The position numbers and the translations under genes are program-made. Positions 14,419 through 24,717 of a DNA stretch of 40,000 nucleotides are shown here, in pieces. Numbering within the stretch: position 1 is the first letter of the stretch; every line of letters begins with the position of its first letter. The notes under the pieces were generated by a model. It was given only the letters and a program-made list of their open reading frames with translations, was not told where the DNA came from and searched no databases. This DNA comes from Dialister sp. i34-0019-2H8 (GTDB lineage Bacteria > Bacillota > Negativicutes > Veillonellales > Dialisteraceae): NCBI RefSeq assembly GCF_042846925.1, contig NZ_BAABYQ010000001.1, forward strand, positions 1,542,826 through 1,582,825, in the 5' to 3' direction.

Positions 14419-14958
14419 CTATTCCTCCCATTTAGTAATGGACGAACCATAGGTATATTTCCCATCAAATTGGATTTTTCCATTCCATGAAAAGCCTAGA
14501 TACACATTGAGTCCCAAATGTGCCGGCTTGTAATAGATGATTGTATTCTGCATCTGTTTCAAATCCTCTGTATTTGTGGATGTAGTGTAGATATTGAAAT
14601 AGTACTTGTCGTTATGTTCCTCGATGTATCCATATCCGTAGGCATTCACCACTTTCCCCAAAAAAGATACCGTGCTGGTTTGCGTACCTTGCAGCTTAAC
14701 CAGCACTTTTTTGCGCCGTTGTTCATAAGTATCTTCCGGGCTAGGGTGCAGGTCCAGCACTCGTTCCCACATGGATAGTCCCCAAGTCGCTTTCTCGACG
14801 AAAAACTGATTCAGCGCATCGAGAATAGCATTACGGATGTTTTCATGCTCCCATGAACACGCCTCACATACTGCACGGAAATGAGGATCTTTTTTTAGAA
14901 AAGGCGGCAAGTACTGCGTGATATCTATTTTGTCAGATGACCTTAGTAGTCTAGTCAA
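14419..14958 (-). CDS. XkdU/YmfQ-like (DUF2313) baseplate/tail protein
   Basis: Position after baseplate J. LPPFLKKDPHF...EHENIRNAILD...YEQRRKKVLVKL pattern. Confidence 0.8.
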   Translation of the reverse strand: MTRLLRSSDKIDITQYLPPFLKKDPHFRAVCEACSWEHENIRNAILDALNQFFVEKATWGLSMWERVLDLHPSPEDTYEQRRKKVLVKLQGTQTSTVSFLGKVVNAYGYGYIEEHNDKYYFNIYTTSTNTEDLKQMQNTIIYYKPAHLGLNVYLGFSWNGKIQFDGKYTYGSSITKWEE

Positions 14959-16006
14959 CCCTAGTCACCCCCATAGTGCCGGCTCTAGGCAGGTATCCTG
15001 ATGGAATTCTTACATTACTGATACCACCATTGATTTTTAGTGAGTCATAGTCTGAAATAGCACCACTATTAAGCAGTACCTTGCCGACTTGGGCAATGGA
15101 TACATAATCACTATCAAATCCACTATCTACCAAGTACGCATCCAGTGTATTTTTCAGCACAGACGCATAATCCTGTAAATATTCCTGATTGACCTTTACG
15201 TTAGCCGTCACGTTGATATTGAGATATGCCGGCGCCGTTACGGTCACAGTGGCACCGATGGGCCGTACCGTCTCGATATAATCAGCCACCTTTTTCTGCA
15301 GTTCCTGACTGGCTGCATTTTTATTGACGTCGGTAACAAGCACCTTGACCGTGCCATTGCCGTTCCATAGGGGAATGACTTTCACATCCCCCACACCAGC
15401 TACGGAGAGAGCCCATTCCTTATAATGCATCACATTTCCCGACGTGGCAGGCGTTCTGACATGTACCAAGTACCGTTTCAAGAGAGATTCGTCTGTTTCC
15501 TCTTCAAACCCATCGTGGGTAGCATCCTTATTGATGACTTTCGACACCCCGGGAATACTCATAGGGATCTTGTCGATGGTGTTGGCCCCCACATTACCCG
15601 AAGTGCCAGCGATCTGCGCCGTGATTTTTACATCCACGGTCCCGTTATCAGCGATGGTACATGCTGCATCAGTCGTAAAATATACATTATTGTCGGTTGA
15701 AAATACGGAGCCCTGCGGGACGATGATACCTTTGGTCCCGGTGATAGTCAGGGCCCCAATGGCTTTAACGGCCGGCTTCCTATCAATGCCGAACTCCGCG
15801 GCGCGAAGTGTCAAGTATTCACCCCATGATGTATCCGCAAAGGCAGCCTTATAGAGCTGCTCAATTTCAACTTCGCTCTTCGCAAACTCAAAGCTATTGG
15901 ACGCCAACACATCATTTTCAAAGGTTCCTTCGATTTTCGACGCTTCAATCCCGCTTTGTCTTTGTAATTCCTGCAGGATTCCGTTCTGATCTCTAGCTAC
16001 ATACAT
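14951..16006 (-). CDS. baseplate J-like protein (XkdT-like)
   Basis: 351 aa. ...YLTLRAAEFGIDRKPAVKAIG...GTSGNV...VRPIGATVTV... typical of the Baseplate_J family. Confidence 0.9.
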   Translation of the reverse strand: MYVARDQNGILQELQRQSGIEASKIEGTFENDVLASNSFEFAKSEVEIEQLYKAAFADTSWGEYLTLRAAEFGIDRKPAVKAIGALTITGTKGIIVPQGSVFSTDNNVYFTTDAACTIADNGTVDVKITAQIAGTSGNVGANTIDKIPMSIPGVSKVINKDATHDGFEEETDESLLKRYLVHVRTPATSGNVMHYKEWALSVAGVGDVKVIPLWNGNGTVKVLVTDVNKNAASQELQKKVADYIETVRPIGATVTVTAPAYLNINVTANVKVNQEYLQDYASVLKNTLDAYLVDSGFDSDYVSIAQVGKVLLNSGAISDYDSLKINGGISNVRIPSGYLPRAGTMGVTRVD

Positions 16007-16437
16007 TACGCACTCACCTCCCCATAGACCGTTGTCAGGTCAATCGTTACTGTCGCCTTTCGCCCTTCCTGTGAAAATGAAATATCATTGATGGATAGAA
16101 TGTAGGGATTTACCATAAGGCATTCCGTAATCATTCGTTTCAGCTCGCTGATTCGTTCCTGTACTCCCATCACCAATCCTATAAATGGCTTGATTTCAAT
16201 ACCGTACTGCCACGAATAAGCAAGGTATGTATAGCGTTCTGTGGCCAATGCTTTATATACCCATATCTTGATAGCCTCGGTGCCTTCTAGCAGGATATGC
16301 TTCCCCGATTTGTCATACAGAAAACAATTCTTTTCAAAATCCCATGCGAATTCTTTAAATAACGGTAGATCCTGCGTATCAGAGGAAGCCTGAATCAAAG
16401 CCTCGCTGGCACCGACAAAAGGAAACGCTTCACTCAT
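16006..16437 (-). CDS. XkdS-like (DUF2634, gpW/gp25-like) baseplate wedge protein
   Basis: Synteny and size. ATGA-type coupling to both neighbours. Confidence 0.75.
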   Translation of the reverse strand: MSEAFPFVGASEALIQASSDTQDLPLFKEFAWDFEKNCFLYDKSGKHILLEGTEAIKIWVYKALATERYTYLAYSWQYGIEIKPFIGLVMGVQERISELKRMITECLMVNPYILSINDISFSQEGRKATVTIDLTTVYGEVSA

Positions 16438-16844
16438 AGTTTCACCCCGCTATCTGCTATCCAATATAGCTGATTTCCTTCTAGATTCTTTGAACCTTCC
16501 AAAGGTATCACTAGGACGATAGTTCCCTGCTTTAGCGTATCCGTCCATGTCTCATCGTTATCAATAGGATGATTGTGGCTGGCGTATTCCGCATAACCGC
16601 CACCACCGCCACGATAGGACGTCTCGCCTACCATGTGCCTGGTATAACCGGGCATGAGGTATCTGGAGATATAAACATCTTCCTTGTGGAGCTGGATAGT
16701 GTTGACATCAATAGCGATATCGGGAGGCGGCGATCGCACGATACCCATCTGAGCCATTTGCACCTGCTCGTCTTTCCCTGCCTGGTGCATCAACCCGATC
16801 ATGCGATTGGCCGACTGCTCGATAGTTGGAATTTTATCCGCCAT
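16434..16844 (-). CDS. XkdR-like (DUF2577) baseplate protein
   Basis: Synteny between the XkdQ-like and XkdS-like genes. 136 aa. Confidence 0.7.
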   Translation of the reverse strand: MADKIPTIEQSANRMIGLMHQAGKDEQVQMAQMGIVRSPPPDIAIDVNTIQLHKEDVYISRYLMPGYTRHMVGETSYRGGGGGYAEYASHNHPIDNDETWTDTLKQGTIVLVIPLEGSKNLEGNQLYWIADSGVKL

Positions 16845-17832
16845 TGGCTCCCGCCTCCTCTTTGGTCATAATGTTTTCAAATTCCAGTTCCAGTTTCATG
16901 GTGTGCATACCATTCTCAAAGATATGGCTATCACTCTTGATCCAAAACTGGCCTTTGAAATATTGCTCCTGCACGGCAATGGAATAGGGGGCTACCACCC
17001 GATAATCGCCCAGCATATCTAAGGTGCCGGTTCTATCAGGGCCTTTTAGCAACGATTCGATTTCCTGCTGCGCATTGGCTTTTGGATTAGTCTTATATAC
17101 ATCCTGTATCAAGCCATATTTTTTGATTTGGTCATCTTCGGATTGATAGCCGGTGGCATTCCCCTCTGCATCAGTGATCACGACCTGATTCACCATGTTT
17201 TCAATGCTTTCGGCAAACCGTTCATTCAATACATTGGTATACCCATTGGCTTCGTAGTCCTCGATGAGAGTTCCCTTTTCGACTACATCCAGCTTACTGC
17301 CATTCATCAGCAGGGCATATTTCTTCTTGGTTTGCTTCGCCGCCTCGGTATATGCCATGAGAATAATCTGATAGCCAGATTTCCTGACAGCAATGAAAGA
17401 AACGGGCGTCCCTGTAGCAAGGATATTGCCCGTTTCGATTCCCAGTTCATTACAAACCGACTCTGTGATACTTTCAGGAGTCATGTCTGTAAATTTACGT
17501 GTAGTTTTGCTTTTATTTAGGATGAACAAATTGTCATAGGCAGTGACAGAGACTTTGGACGCCTGCACGTCCCGCTCCAGATGAAATATATGCCCATGGA
17601 ATCGAAGCGTGCCGTCCTCATCGTACCCATATACCGTATCGCCATTATCCAATGGATGATTAGGTAGGTTAGGATCTCGATAGTCCTGCACTACATCAAA
17701 TACCAGCCGGCGGGCTGCCTGCAAACGGGACCCGGACCACTCGATGCGACTGATTAGCTGCGTGATGTCATCTACATGCTGAGTCTTTTTCCCATCACTA
17801 TCAGTCGTTATGTATTCGTGTTTGACAATCAT
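16834..17832 (-). CDS. XkdQ-like / late-control-D-like baseplate hub protein
   Basis: 332 aa, following the LysM-like protein and the tape measure as in PBSX-type tails. Confidence 0.75.
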   Translation of the reverse strand: MIVKHEYITTDSDGKKTQHVDDITQLISRIEWSGSRLQAARRLVFDVVQDYRDPNLPNHPLDNGDTVYGYDEDGTLRFHGHIFHLERDVQASKVSVTAYDNLFILNKSKTTRKFTDMTPESITESVCNELGIETGNILATGTPVSFIAVRKSGYQIILMAYTEAAKQTKKKYALLMNGSKLDVVEKGTLIEDYEANGYTNVLNERFAESIENMVNQVVITDAEGNATGYQSEDDQIKKYGLIQDVYKTNPKANAQQEIESLLKGPDRTGTLDMLGDYRVVAPYSIAVQEQYFKGQFWIKSDSHIFENGMHTMKLELEFENIMTKEEAGANGG

Positions 17833-18536
17833 TTGATGATCAACCTGCCAATCTTATCCGCGTTATTGATAGCCAAATCTTTCAGATCATTGCTTTGGGC
17901 AATACGACGCCATTTGTTGGCCTGCCCGTAGCATTTCTTGGCCACGTCCACCACATCCTTCGCCTTTTTCAGTTTAGCTGCTAAATCTGCTTTTTTGTCT
18001 GGCGATGGTCTGTCTTTCAAGCCCGTGGTCTTATCTACCTGCTTATTGTTGTTGGCAAGTGGCGTATTCAGATCCTTGTACTCGGTGAGAGTCAAAGCGT
18101 AGTAAATATCCCGACTTCCATCCTGTTCTTTGTAATCGAATTTCATGATACCGGTCATAAGGTTGACCGGCGAATCAGTGATAATGATTCTGACAGGCTT
18201 TCTGCTTTCCTTCCACTTCCTTAGTTTTTCGACGAAAAAAGACGGTTCGAGTGCATCCCCAACTACAAAGGGGTAGTCATGTACCGAAGCTGGAAAAAAA
18301 CACTGGAAAGAAATCCGTTGCGCCTGAGGCAGCCCAAAGACGAGTGCTTCGCCTACCTGCTCGACGTTGACAACCTTATTCCCCTGCCCGGTAGATACCT
18401 CGTATACACGCGGCGTAACAGGCAGCGTGACTTTTTCTGTTTCACAAGAAAGAATGATCTGCCGCTTCGAGCTGCCTCCACCTAAGATTGCGGAGGCGAT
18501 ATTTAACGCGGTACCAAGTGCTCCCCATGCCTTCAT
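17829..18536 (-). CDS. XkdP-like tail protein with degenerate LysM-like motif
   Basis: Immediately downstream of the tape measure. C-terminal ...VAKKCYGQANKWRRIAQSNDLKDL... is LysM-like. Confidence 0.65.
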   Translation of the reverse strand: MKAWGALGTALNIASAILGGGSSKRQIILSCETEKVTLPVTPRVYEVSTGQGNKVVNVEQVGEALVFGLPQAQRISFQCFFPASVHDYPFVVGDALEPSFFVEKLRKWKESRKPVRIIITDSPVNLMTGIMKFDYKEQDGSRDIYYALTLTEYKDLNTPLANNNKQVDKTTGLKDRPSPDKKADLAAKLKKAKDVVDVAKKCYGQANKWRRIAQSNDLKDLAINNADKIGRLIIK

Positions 18537-21352
18537 TACGCACCTCCGTAGTTTGCATAGCCCTGTTCGAGGGCTCTCATGATGGTATAAGCGATTTTGT
18601 CCATATCGGCTTCGTTTCGCACAACGAACGTATTTCCCGTAACCATGACAGTGTTCCCAGATGCGGTCGAATTCTGTACTTCACGAGAAATGATCTGTGC
18701 TGTTTTCCCCGCCGGATAGATCCGGCTGCCCTGCGGCAGGTCGATGAGTTCGCCACCGTGTTCATTGATTTGCGCCAAACCGCCAGAGAAATGCATATCC
18801 CCTACGGCGTCCATCGGCACGCTGTCACCGACACGCACAGTGCCATCGCTTCCAAAAGAGTAATGACTCATAGCACTGGCAGAAATCTGCGAAATTTTAG
18901 AGGAAATCGGTGCCATGACGTTTGCTTTAAACCATGCTGCTGCGCCGCTCCATGCACCCTGCACTGTGCTCCACGCATCCGTAAACGCGGATCCGATGTC
19001 AGCTCCCGTAGTCCCTGCGCTGGCGTCAATAGGATCCCAGACGGAAGCGTCATACCAGCCCGCTGCATCGCTCCACTGTCCTTTGATGGACTCGACGGCT
19101 TCCTGTCCGTGCGCCTTGAGTCCTTCCCAGACGTTATTCCACAAGTCTCCGATCACCTTCGAGCGTTCTTCCGTTGCCTGCTCCATGGTTTTAGTGATGT
19201 CGTCATAGTCCTCGTAGGTCATACCGCGAGACGCATTGTCCCGATACATGGCCGCTTCTTTCATAGACTGCAGACGGCCTGCACCAAAAGTGCCATTAGC
19301 AAGACCGTTCCCGATATAGTTGCCGAAAACGCTGCCACCCAGTCCACCAATAATCGAGCCTATCATTGCGCCAGGAACAGCACCTATGCCGCCGAAAGCA
19401 CCTCCGATGGCCCCGCCGGCCAGCGCACCAGCTTTGGAACCGGCATACATGCCGGCAAGTGAGCCGCCCGCCTTTAGGGCTGCAGCACCACGTTCTTCCG
19501 GCGCTGCACGGTAGACCTCGTAAGCAGAAGTGGCAAGAGCAGCGCCCATCATGACGCGTCCGAAGATTTTTCCGTACCGGGCGGCTTTCCCTGCATCCAT
19601 CTTCCCATCCGCTTTTGTACCGGGGATAGAGCCAGCTCCGCCGACGCCTGTGCCGCCAGAGCTTACCGCACCATTGACGATAACTGTGTTGGCAGACACC
19701 ACCATGTCATTTAATGCACCGTTCCTGCCACCGGCAATGCCGCCAGTCTTAGGATGCAGCACACTGGAGACAGCATCGACGCCGTTCTTCGTCAACTTTG
19801 CGATCTTATAGAGCGCCCCGGCCAGCGCTCCGCCGGCTAGAACGGAGCCTACGCCATCAAGCTGCAGGAACTTGTTCTTCAGATCGACGACGAGCGTCCC
19901 GACTATATCAAATACGTCACCAAAATCCAGCCCGTCCTTGATATTTTCATTGAACCGATTTAAGAGCTTCGTACCCTCCTGCGCCAAATCGCGAAGGCCG
20001 CTAGATACGTGGCCACTCAGCAGGTTTTTCGTCAGCCCGTCCCATGCGCTGGAAAGATAGGTCAGATCGCCCGCCAAATTGTCCAGGCGAGTCTTTGCCA
20101 TCTTATCCGCGGCACCGCGTGAACCGTCGATGGCTTTCGTCAGCCGTTCGAACTTGTCATCCGATTCGTTGACGATAGCCAGTAAACCGGACATGGCTTC
20201 CTGTCCGGCAAGATCAGAGGCAACTTTGCCCTGCGTGGCTTCGTCGAGGCCTTTGAACCCTTTTCGCAAATCCAGCAGAATCTTCCGGAGCGGTTTCATC
20301 TTCCCCGTTGTCGTGTCGATAGCAGAGAACCCGCCGTCGATGTGCTGGCTCAGTGTCGCCATCGCTTCTTTCACGTCTTTTGTCGGCGATACCAGGCGGG
20401 TCATCAATGCACGAAGCGACGTGCCGGCCTGCTCCCCTTTGACGCCGCTGTCTGCCATTGCGCCAATAGCGAGCGCCGTGTCCTGAATGTTATAGCCAAG
20501 AGCCCCCGCAAGCGGCGCTACATACTTGAATGTGTAACCCATCTTTCCGACATTGGTATTAGAATTGGCAGCCGCTGCAGCGAGCACGTCAGCGAATTCC
20601 CCCGCTTCATCAGCCCCCATTTTAAAAGACGTCATAGCGTCCGTTACGATGTCTGATACCGAAGCCAGGTCTTCGCCAGAGGCGGCAGCCAGATTCATGA
20701 TGCCAGGAAGACCGCCGATCATTTCCTCAGTCTTCCAGCCCGCCATGCCCATATAAGTGAGCGCCTGCGCCGCCTCCGTCGTGGTGAATTTCGTTTTCGC
20801 CCCCATCTCCAAAGCGGACGCCGTGAGCTTCTGAAATTCTTCGTCTGTAGCACCGGAAATCGCCTTGACGCCGGACATGGTCTGCTCGAAGTCCATGTAG
20901 CTTTTCACAGTATTATAAATACCAAAGCCGACTCCCGCACCGCCAAGCATCTGCAGCGAAGTATTCATAAGCATGCCAGAAGCAAGCCCATCAAGACTGT
21001 TTTTCAGCTTGCCGCCCTTCTGCACCAGGTTAATAGCTACCTCTTTCGAGCGGATGCTGTTCATCTGGTTCCTGATCCGGGTAATCGCAGGCGTTGCCTT
21101 ATCCGTCACGGATACTGCCGCCCGATGATTTCCCTTGATCCCAGAAAGTGCGCTGGCGGTCTTCTTGATTTCAGCCGCAGACTTGACAGCAGATGCCGCC
21201 AGTCTGCCATTGGCCGTCGTCAGCCGGTCGACCGCCGACAGCGAACCCACTACAGAAGTTTTAAACCCGGAGACGTTTTTCTTCGCGGTCTTGATGGCAG
21301 CCGTCATCTTATCCCGCATCTCGAGCGTAGCGCTCAATACATACTGGCTCAT
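18536..21352 (-). CDS. tail tape measure protein
   Basis: 938 aa. ...KFTTTEAAQALTYMGMAGWKTEEMIGGLPGIMNLAAASGEDLASVSDIVTDAM... is the TMP core, and Gly/Ala-rich segments follow. Confidence 0.95.
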   Translation of the reverse strand: MSQYVLSATLEMRDKMTAAIKTAKKNVSGFKTSVVGSLSAVDRLTTANGRLAASAVKSAAEIKKTASALSGIKGNHRAAVSVTDKATPAITRIRNQMNSIRSKEVAINLVQKGGKLKNSLDGLASGMLMNTSLQMLGGAGVGFGIYNTVKSYMDFEQTMSGVKAISGATDEEFQKLTASALEMGAKTKFTTTEAAQALTYMGMAGWKTEEMIGGLPGIMNLAAASGEDLASVSDIVTDAMTSFKMGADEAGEFADVLAAAAANSNTNVGKMGYTFKYVAPLAGALGYNIQDTALAIGAMADSGVKGEQAGTSLRALMTRLVSPTKDVKEAMATLSQHIDGGFSAIDTTTGKMKPLRKILLDLRKGFKGLDEATQGKVASDLAGQEAMSGLLAIVNESDDKFERLTKAIDGSRGAADKMAKTRLDNLAGDLTYLSSAWDGLTKNLLSGHVSSGLRDLAQEGTKLLNRFNENIKDGLDFGDVFDIVGTLVVDLKNKFLQLDGVGSVLAGGALAGALYKIAKLTKNGVDAVSSVLHPKTGGIAGGRNGALNDMVVSANTVIVNGAVSSGGTGVGGAGSIPGTKADGKMDAGKAARYGKIFGRVMMGAALATSAYEVYRAAPEERGAAALKAGGSLAGMYAGSKAGALAGGAIGGAFGGIGAVPGAMIGSIIGGLGGSVFGNYIGNGLANGTFGAGRLQSMKEAAMYRDNASRGMTYEDYDDITKTMEQATEERSKVIGDLWNNVWEGLKAHGQEAVESIKGQWSDAAGWYDASVWDPIDASAGTTGADIGSAFTDAWSTVQGAWSGAAAWFKANVMAPISSKISQISASAMSHYSFGSDGTVRVGDSVPMDAVGDMHFSGGLAQINEHGGELIDLPQGSRIYPAGKTAQIISREVQNSTASGNTVMVTGNTFVVRNEADMDKIAYTIMRALEQGYANYGGA

Positions 21353-21537
21353 CCTATCACCTGCCTTGTCATGCCTACTGCGACCAGTTTAGCCGCCCTC
21401 TCATCCTCTGCCTCCATAGCCGCATGGCAGAAGATCTTCTCGACCGGCGACAGTGAGAAGAAATAAGAGAGAGAATGACCATGGGAAACTAAAAAGGCCG
21501 CCGTAGCAGCCTCCCAGTTCCCTTCAATCAGTTTTTT
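21349..21537 (-). CDS. -1 frameshift extension of the tail assembly chaperone
   Basis: Slippery A AAA AAC (reverse complement of 21531-21537) ends at the chaperone stop. The -1 frame stays open: KLIEGNWEAATAAFLVSHGHSLSYFFSLSPVEKIFCHAAMEAEDERAAKLVAVGMTRQVIG*. It ends in an ATGA overlap with the tape-measure start. Confidence 0.6.
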   Translation of the reverse strand, partial: KKLIEGNWEAATAAFLVSHGHSLSYFFSLSPVEKIFCHAAMEAEDERAAKLVAVGMTRQVIG

Positions 21538-21896
21538 GCGTCGTCGTGAACCTTTCGCACGATGTTTTTGTTATAACCTGCACAATCAAGAATAGCCACG
21601 GCGATCCGAGTCATTTCGCCTGCATCAAACAGTTTACGCACAATATCCGTCGGTTCCACGCACCCATAGGCCTCCTGCAGCTTGGCATCCTTCAGATTCG
21701 GGGATACTACGCAGTTCAGCACGAGATACGCATCTCCATCCCCCTCCGTAGCTTTGGATTCGAGCACCATCGCTGCCGTCGGTTTCTTTACCGTGATGAC
21801 GCCGATGGATGTTTCCATGTCATACTTTTCTTTCTTCGCCGCTGCTACGGCTTCTTTCATTTCGATCAGTTCTTCGATACTTACAGCCATTCTCAT
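21528..21896 (-). CDS. XkdN-like tail assembly chaperone
   Basis: 122 aa between the tube and tape-measure genes. Confidence 0.8.
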   Translation of the reverse strand: MRMAVSIEELIEMKEAVAAAKKEKYDMETSIGVITVKKPTAAMVLESKATEGDGDAYLVLNCVVSPNLKDAKLQEAYGCVEPTDIVRKLFDAGEMTRIAVAILDCAGYNKNIVRKVHDDAKN

Positions 21897-21902
21897 ACCT
21901 CG

Positions 21903-22358
21903 CTATTCTACTGTTTCAATAAATTTCGCATCCTCAGGAGTGAATCCAAAGGGAAATTCCTTCTCGACCACTTCACCCTTCTTGAAATTCATCAGAGCAA
22001 GCTCATTAAAGAATACATTATCAATGGACACGCGTTCCTTCTGTCCATCTACGGCATCCGGATCATCCAGCAGACCCACAAGCGTAGCTCTCGGATCATG
22101 GCCATTTTTCCACTCCTCCAGATAGGCGTTAATGTTGCGGTTAATGACAGACTTGATTGTCAGCGTACCCGAACCGGTGAGGGATACGATTTTGGAGTCT
22201 TTGGAATTGCCGATCAGCACGTCCTCGCGGTCTGCCGTTACCTTACATTCAAAGGATTCAATTTCAAAGAGAAGTTCACCATCCCACCATACTTTTCCGT
22301 GGGAACCATTCCAGCGACGACGACCTCTGTATTTCACATCTTCTGCAGCTCTAGTCAT
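21903..22358 (-). CDS. tail tube protein (XkdM-like)
   Basis: ...GKVWWDGELLFEIESFECKVTADREDV... XkdM-type core tail protein, directly after the sheath gene. Confidence 0.85.
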   Translation of the reverse strand: MTRAAEDVKYRGRRRWNGSHGKVWWDGELLFEIESFECKVTADREDVLIGNSKDSKIVSLTGSGTLTIKSVINRNINAYLEEWKNGHDPRATLVGLLDDPDAVDGQKERVSIDNVFFNELALMNFKKGEVVEKEFPFGFTPEDAKFIETVE

Positions 22359-22375
22359 TATTCATGCCTCCTACA

Positions 22376-23506
22376 TTACATAATAAATACAATGTTCAGA
22401 TCTTCCATGGCGTTGACTGGCTTCACACTGCCAGCCAGTACCACATTAGTACCTGTATTGTACTGACGAATCTGCATAGCCGTCATGGTGGATGTATCTT
22501 CCCCGTGGAGCTTAGCATAATTCGCCTGATACTGTTCATCGATATCTACCGTGTTATTGCCGTCACGGTCAAGAACATTGCCTTTGATTTCATCGAAGTA
22601 TACCAGAATAGCGGTGATGAAGAGCATTTTATGGTCATAGCCATTAATGACTTTGCCCACATAGTACTTCTTGAACGTATCACGGATATCATCGGTAATC
22701 ATATCGAGTGCTTCCATAATCTTGATGTATCGGAAATCTTCGCCTTTATCAGTGGTGAAGGTAGTCAGAGAATTGCATGCTCGGGCAATCTTGACTCCAT
22801 CCCCATCCTGTTCATCAAAGAGAAGCAGCTGGCCTTTATCAATAAGAGAATCGATATCTTCATACTGTTCTACCTCTTCGATTTCGGTCAGCTTGAAATA
22901 GGTAGCAGAACGGTCAAGCGCAAGGCCGGCCAAAATACCGGTGATACGAGCGGTGTACTGGAGAGCAGTGTAGGTGGTATACACCGGATTTCCCTTGGAA
23001 TCGGTATCAGTCTTTACCTTGATGCCGCCGGTACAGAAATTGATGATGCCTTCATGGTCCGCTGCCTGATTAGCTACCACAGCCTTGAAAGTCTTTCTCT
23101 TGTTTCCGCGTTCAGACTTGATCCAAGAAACGATATCCTGCTGCTCCTGTTCAGTACTGTTCGGATAGCAGAGATAATTCCATTTTACGCTTTCCAGTTT
23201 TGCAAGGGTACCGGCCAGTGTCTGAGTTGGTTCAGAGATGTCTGCTTTTGGCAGGGTATATACCAAAATGCGAAGCGGTGTCCCCAGCAAGCACTTTTTA
23301 ATCAGATCTACGTTTTCCGCGGTCAGTCCTTCATCTGGGATGTCAGAAACATCATTGATTTTGTAGTACTTGCTGACATCAGTTTCCTCATTTTTGAGGA
23401 TCATCGCCACAATGCCTCGAGCGCTGCGCTTGATAGCCGTAGTTCCCTTGGTTTTAAAATCAATCAGTACCTGTGGCAGGCCAAAAACTTCAGCTTCATT
23501 TGCCAT
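22376..23506 (-). CDS. contractile tail sheath protein (XkdK-like)
   Basis: 376 aa. Position and sheath-family pattern. Confidence 0.9.
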   Translation of the reverse strand: MANEAEVFGLPQVLIDFKTKGTTAIKRSARGIVAMILKNEETDVSKYYKINDVSDIPDEGLTAENVDLIKKCLLGTPLRILVYTLPKADISEPTQTLAGTLAKLESVKWNYLCYPNSTEQEQQDIVSWIKSERGNKRKTFKAVVANQAADHEGIINFCTGGIKVKTDTDSKGNPVYTTYTALQYTARITGILAGLALDRSATYFKLTEIEEVEQYEDIDSLIDKGQLLLFDEQDGDGVKIARACNSLTTFTTDKGEDFRYIKIMEALDMITDDIRDTFKKYYVGKVINGYDHKMLFITAILVYFDEIKGNVLDRDGNNTVDIDEQYQANYAKLHGEDTSTMTAMQIRQYNTGTNVVLAGSVKPVNAMEDLNIVFIM

Positions 23507-23510
23507 ATTG

Positions 23511-23954
23511 TTACTCCTTCCTTAAATTGAGCGTCAGCTCTTCCATCAGTTCAAATTCTTTCTGACTCATGTCAGCGTCCGTGAACTGTAACCGGAAAAT
23601 ATAATGCAGCACTTCATCATGGACAGTGGTTTCGGCTTCCGGAATGGTGATGGCTCTATCTTCTACATAAAAGACAGGGCGAATCGCCAAATCGAGAATC
23701 TGACCAATATCATAAATCTTCATCCGATCAATCCGTCCGAATAAGTCCTCATCAGGAATATACTGGATGTCAATCTCGATATTGCGGTCATGATATACGC
23801 CTTCCCCATCCACCGTTGATGTGTAGGGCTGCATTTCGACATAAAAATAAGGCGCATCCGACTTTTCAACGTTGTCAAAGTGCACCTTACAATCTGGAAA
23901 TTTGTTTTTTAGTAACGCCGTAAGCGTTTTCTTGAGACTTCTATAGGTAATCAT
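23511..23954 (-). CDS. tail terminator/completion-like protein (XkdJ-like)
   Basis: Synteny only, just upstream of the sheath gene. Confidence 0.55.
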   Translation of the reverse strand: MITYRSLKKTLTALLKNKFPDCKVHFDNVEKSDAPYFYVEMQPYTSTVDGEGVYHDRNIEIDIQYIPDEDLFGRIDRMKIYDIGQILDLAIRPVFYVEDRAITIPEAETTVHDEVLHYIFRLQFTDADMSQKEFELMEELTLNLRKE

Positions 23955-24349
23955 GAGAGCAAATCCTCCATGATGGTTTCTGCATCCGCCTTGAATTGCC
24001 TTTCCGTTTCCGCCAATCCTTCATGAAGCATCTTCGCACCGGGAACGAACCGCGTGCGGCCCTTCCTATCCTTCGCCCACCCGCCTCCGCGCTTTCGTAT
24101 GCGGTGCCCGAATTCTACATGCCCCGCATAATGCGTATTGTTGTAAACTGTAGCAGCCCCCTTGACGGCGCGGCTCCTATGCCAGCCGTTTCGAAGCGTA
24201 CCGGTATCCACCGGTGTGTTGTCCTTGACACGACCGTTCAGAAGCTCCGCCTGCTGCGCGACGAACTTGTTTCTCTTAGCCAGTGATTGATCCAAAATAC
24301 TTTGCAACTTGGCATCCAGCTGGTCGAAGCCGGTGATTTCTTCGCCCAT
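23951..24349 (-). CDS. HK97 gp10-family head-tail joining protein
   Basis: ...NTPVDTGTLRNGW...YAGHVEFG... hallmark motifs. Confidence 0.8.
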   Translation of the reverse strand: MGEEITGFDQLDAKLQSILDQSLAKRNKFVAQQAELLNGRVKDNTPVDTGTLRNGWHRSRAVKGAATVYNNTHYAGHVEFGHRIRKRGGGWAKDRKGRTRFVPGAKMLHEGLAETERQFKADAETIMEDLLS

Positions 24350-24717
24350 CAGGCCTCCTCCCCTTCCCGTTCTGCGTTAATTTCCTTGTGAGTAGGATAG
24401 TTCAAAGCCTTACCGGCACGAAGCAGAAACTGCTGCTCCGCTACCGTCTGAATGGCCAGAATGTCATTAGGCCGTATATCATACTGGGGGTCACAATCAA
24501 TGCGGAGCTTTTGTGTCAACACATCGCCCCGATCGGACTGTTTCCCGGTCAAGCTGATTTCGTAGATGCCAAAATGACAGGGAATCTCGTGATAGATTTC
24601 ATCAATCCTATAGTCGTCAGCTCCCTCTGCATCCAAAGAAGCGACTTGTCTGGACACAGTCATGCGGTCATTGTACATAAACTGTTTCAGCAACCGCTTC
24701 ATTCTTACGAATTCCAT
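24349..24717 (-). CDS. head closure / head-tail adaptor protein
   Basis: Synteny between the gp6-like connector and the gp10-like protein. Confidence 0.6.
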   Translation of the reverse strand: MEFVRMKRLLKQFMYNDRMTVSRQVASLDAEGADDYRIDEIYHEIPCHFGIYEISLTGKQSDRGDVLTQKLRIDCDPQYDIRPNDILAIQTVAEQQFLLRAGKALNYPTHKEINAEREGEEA

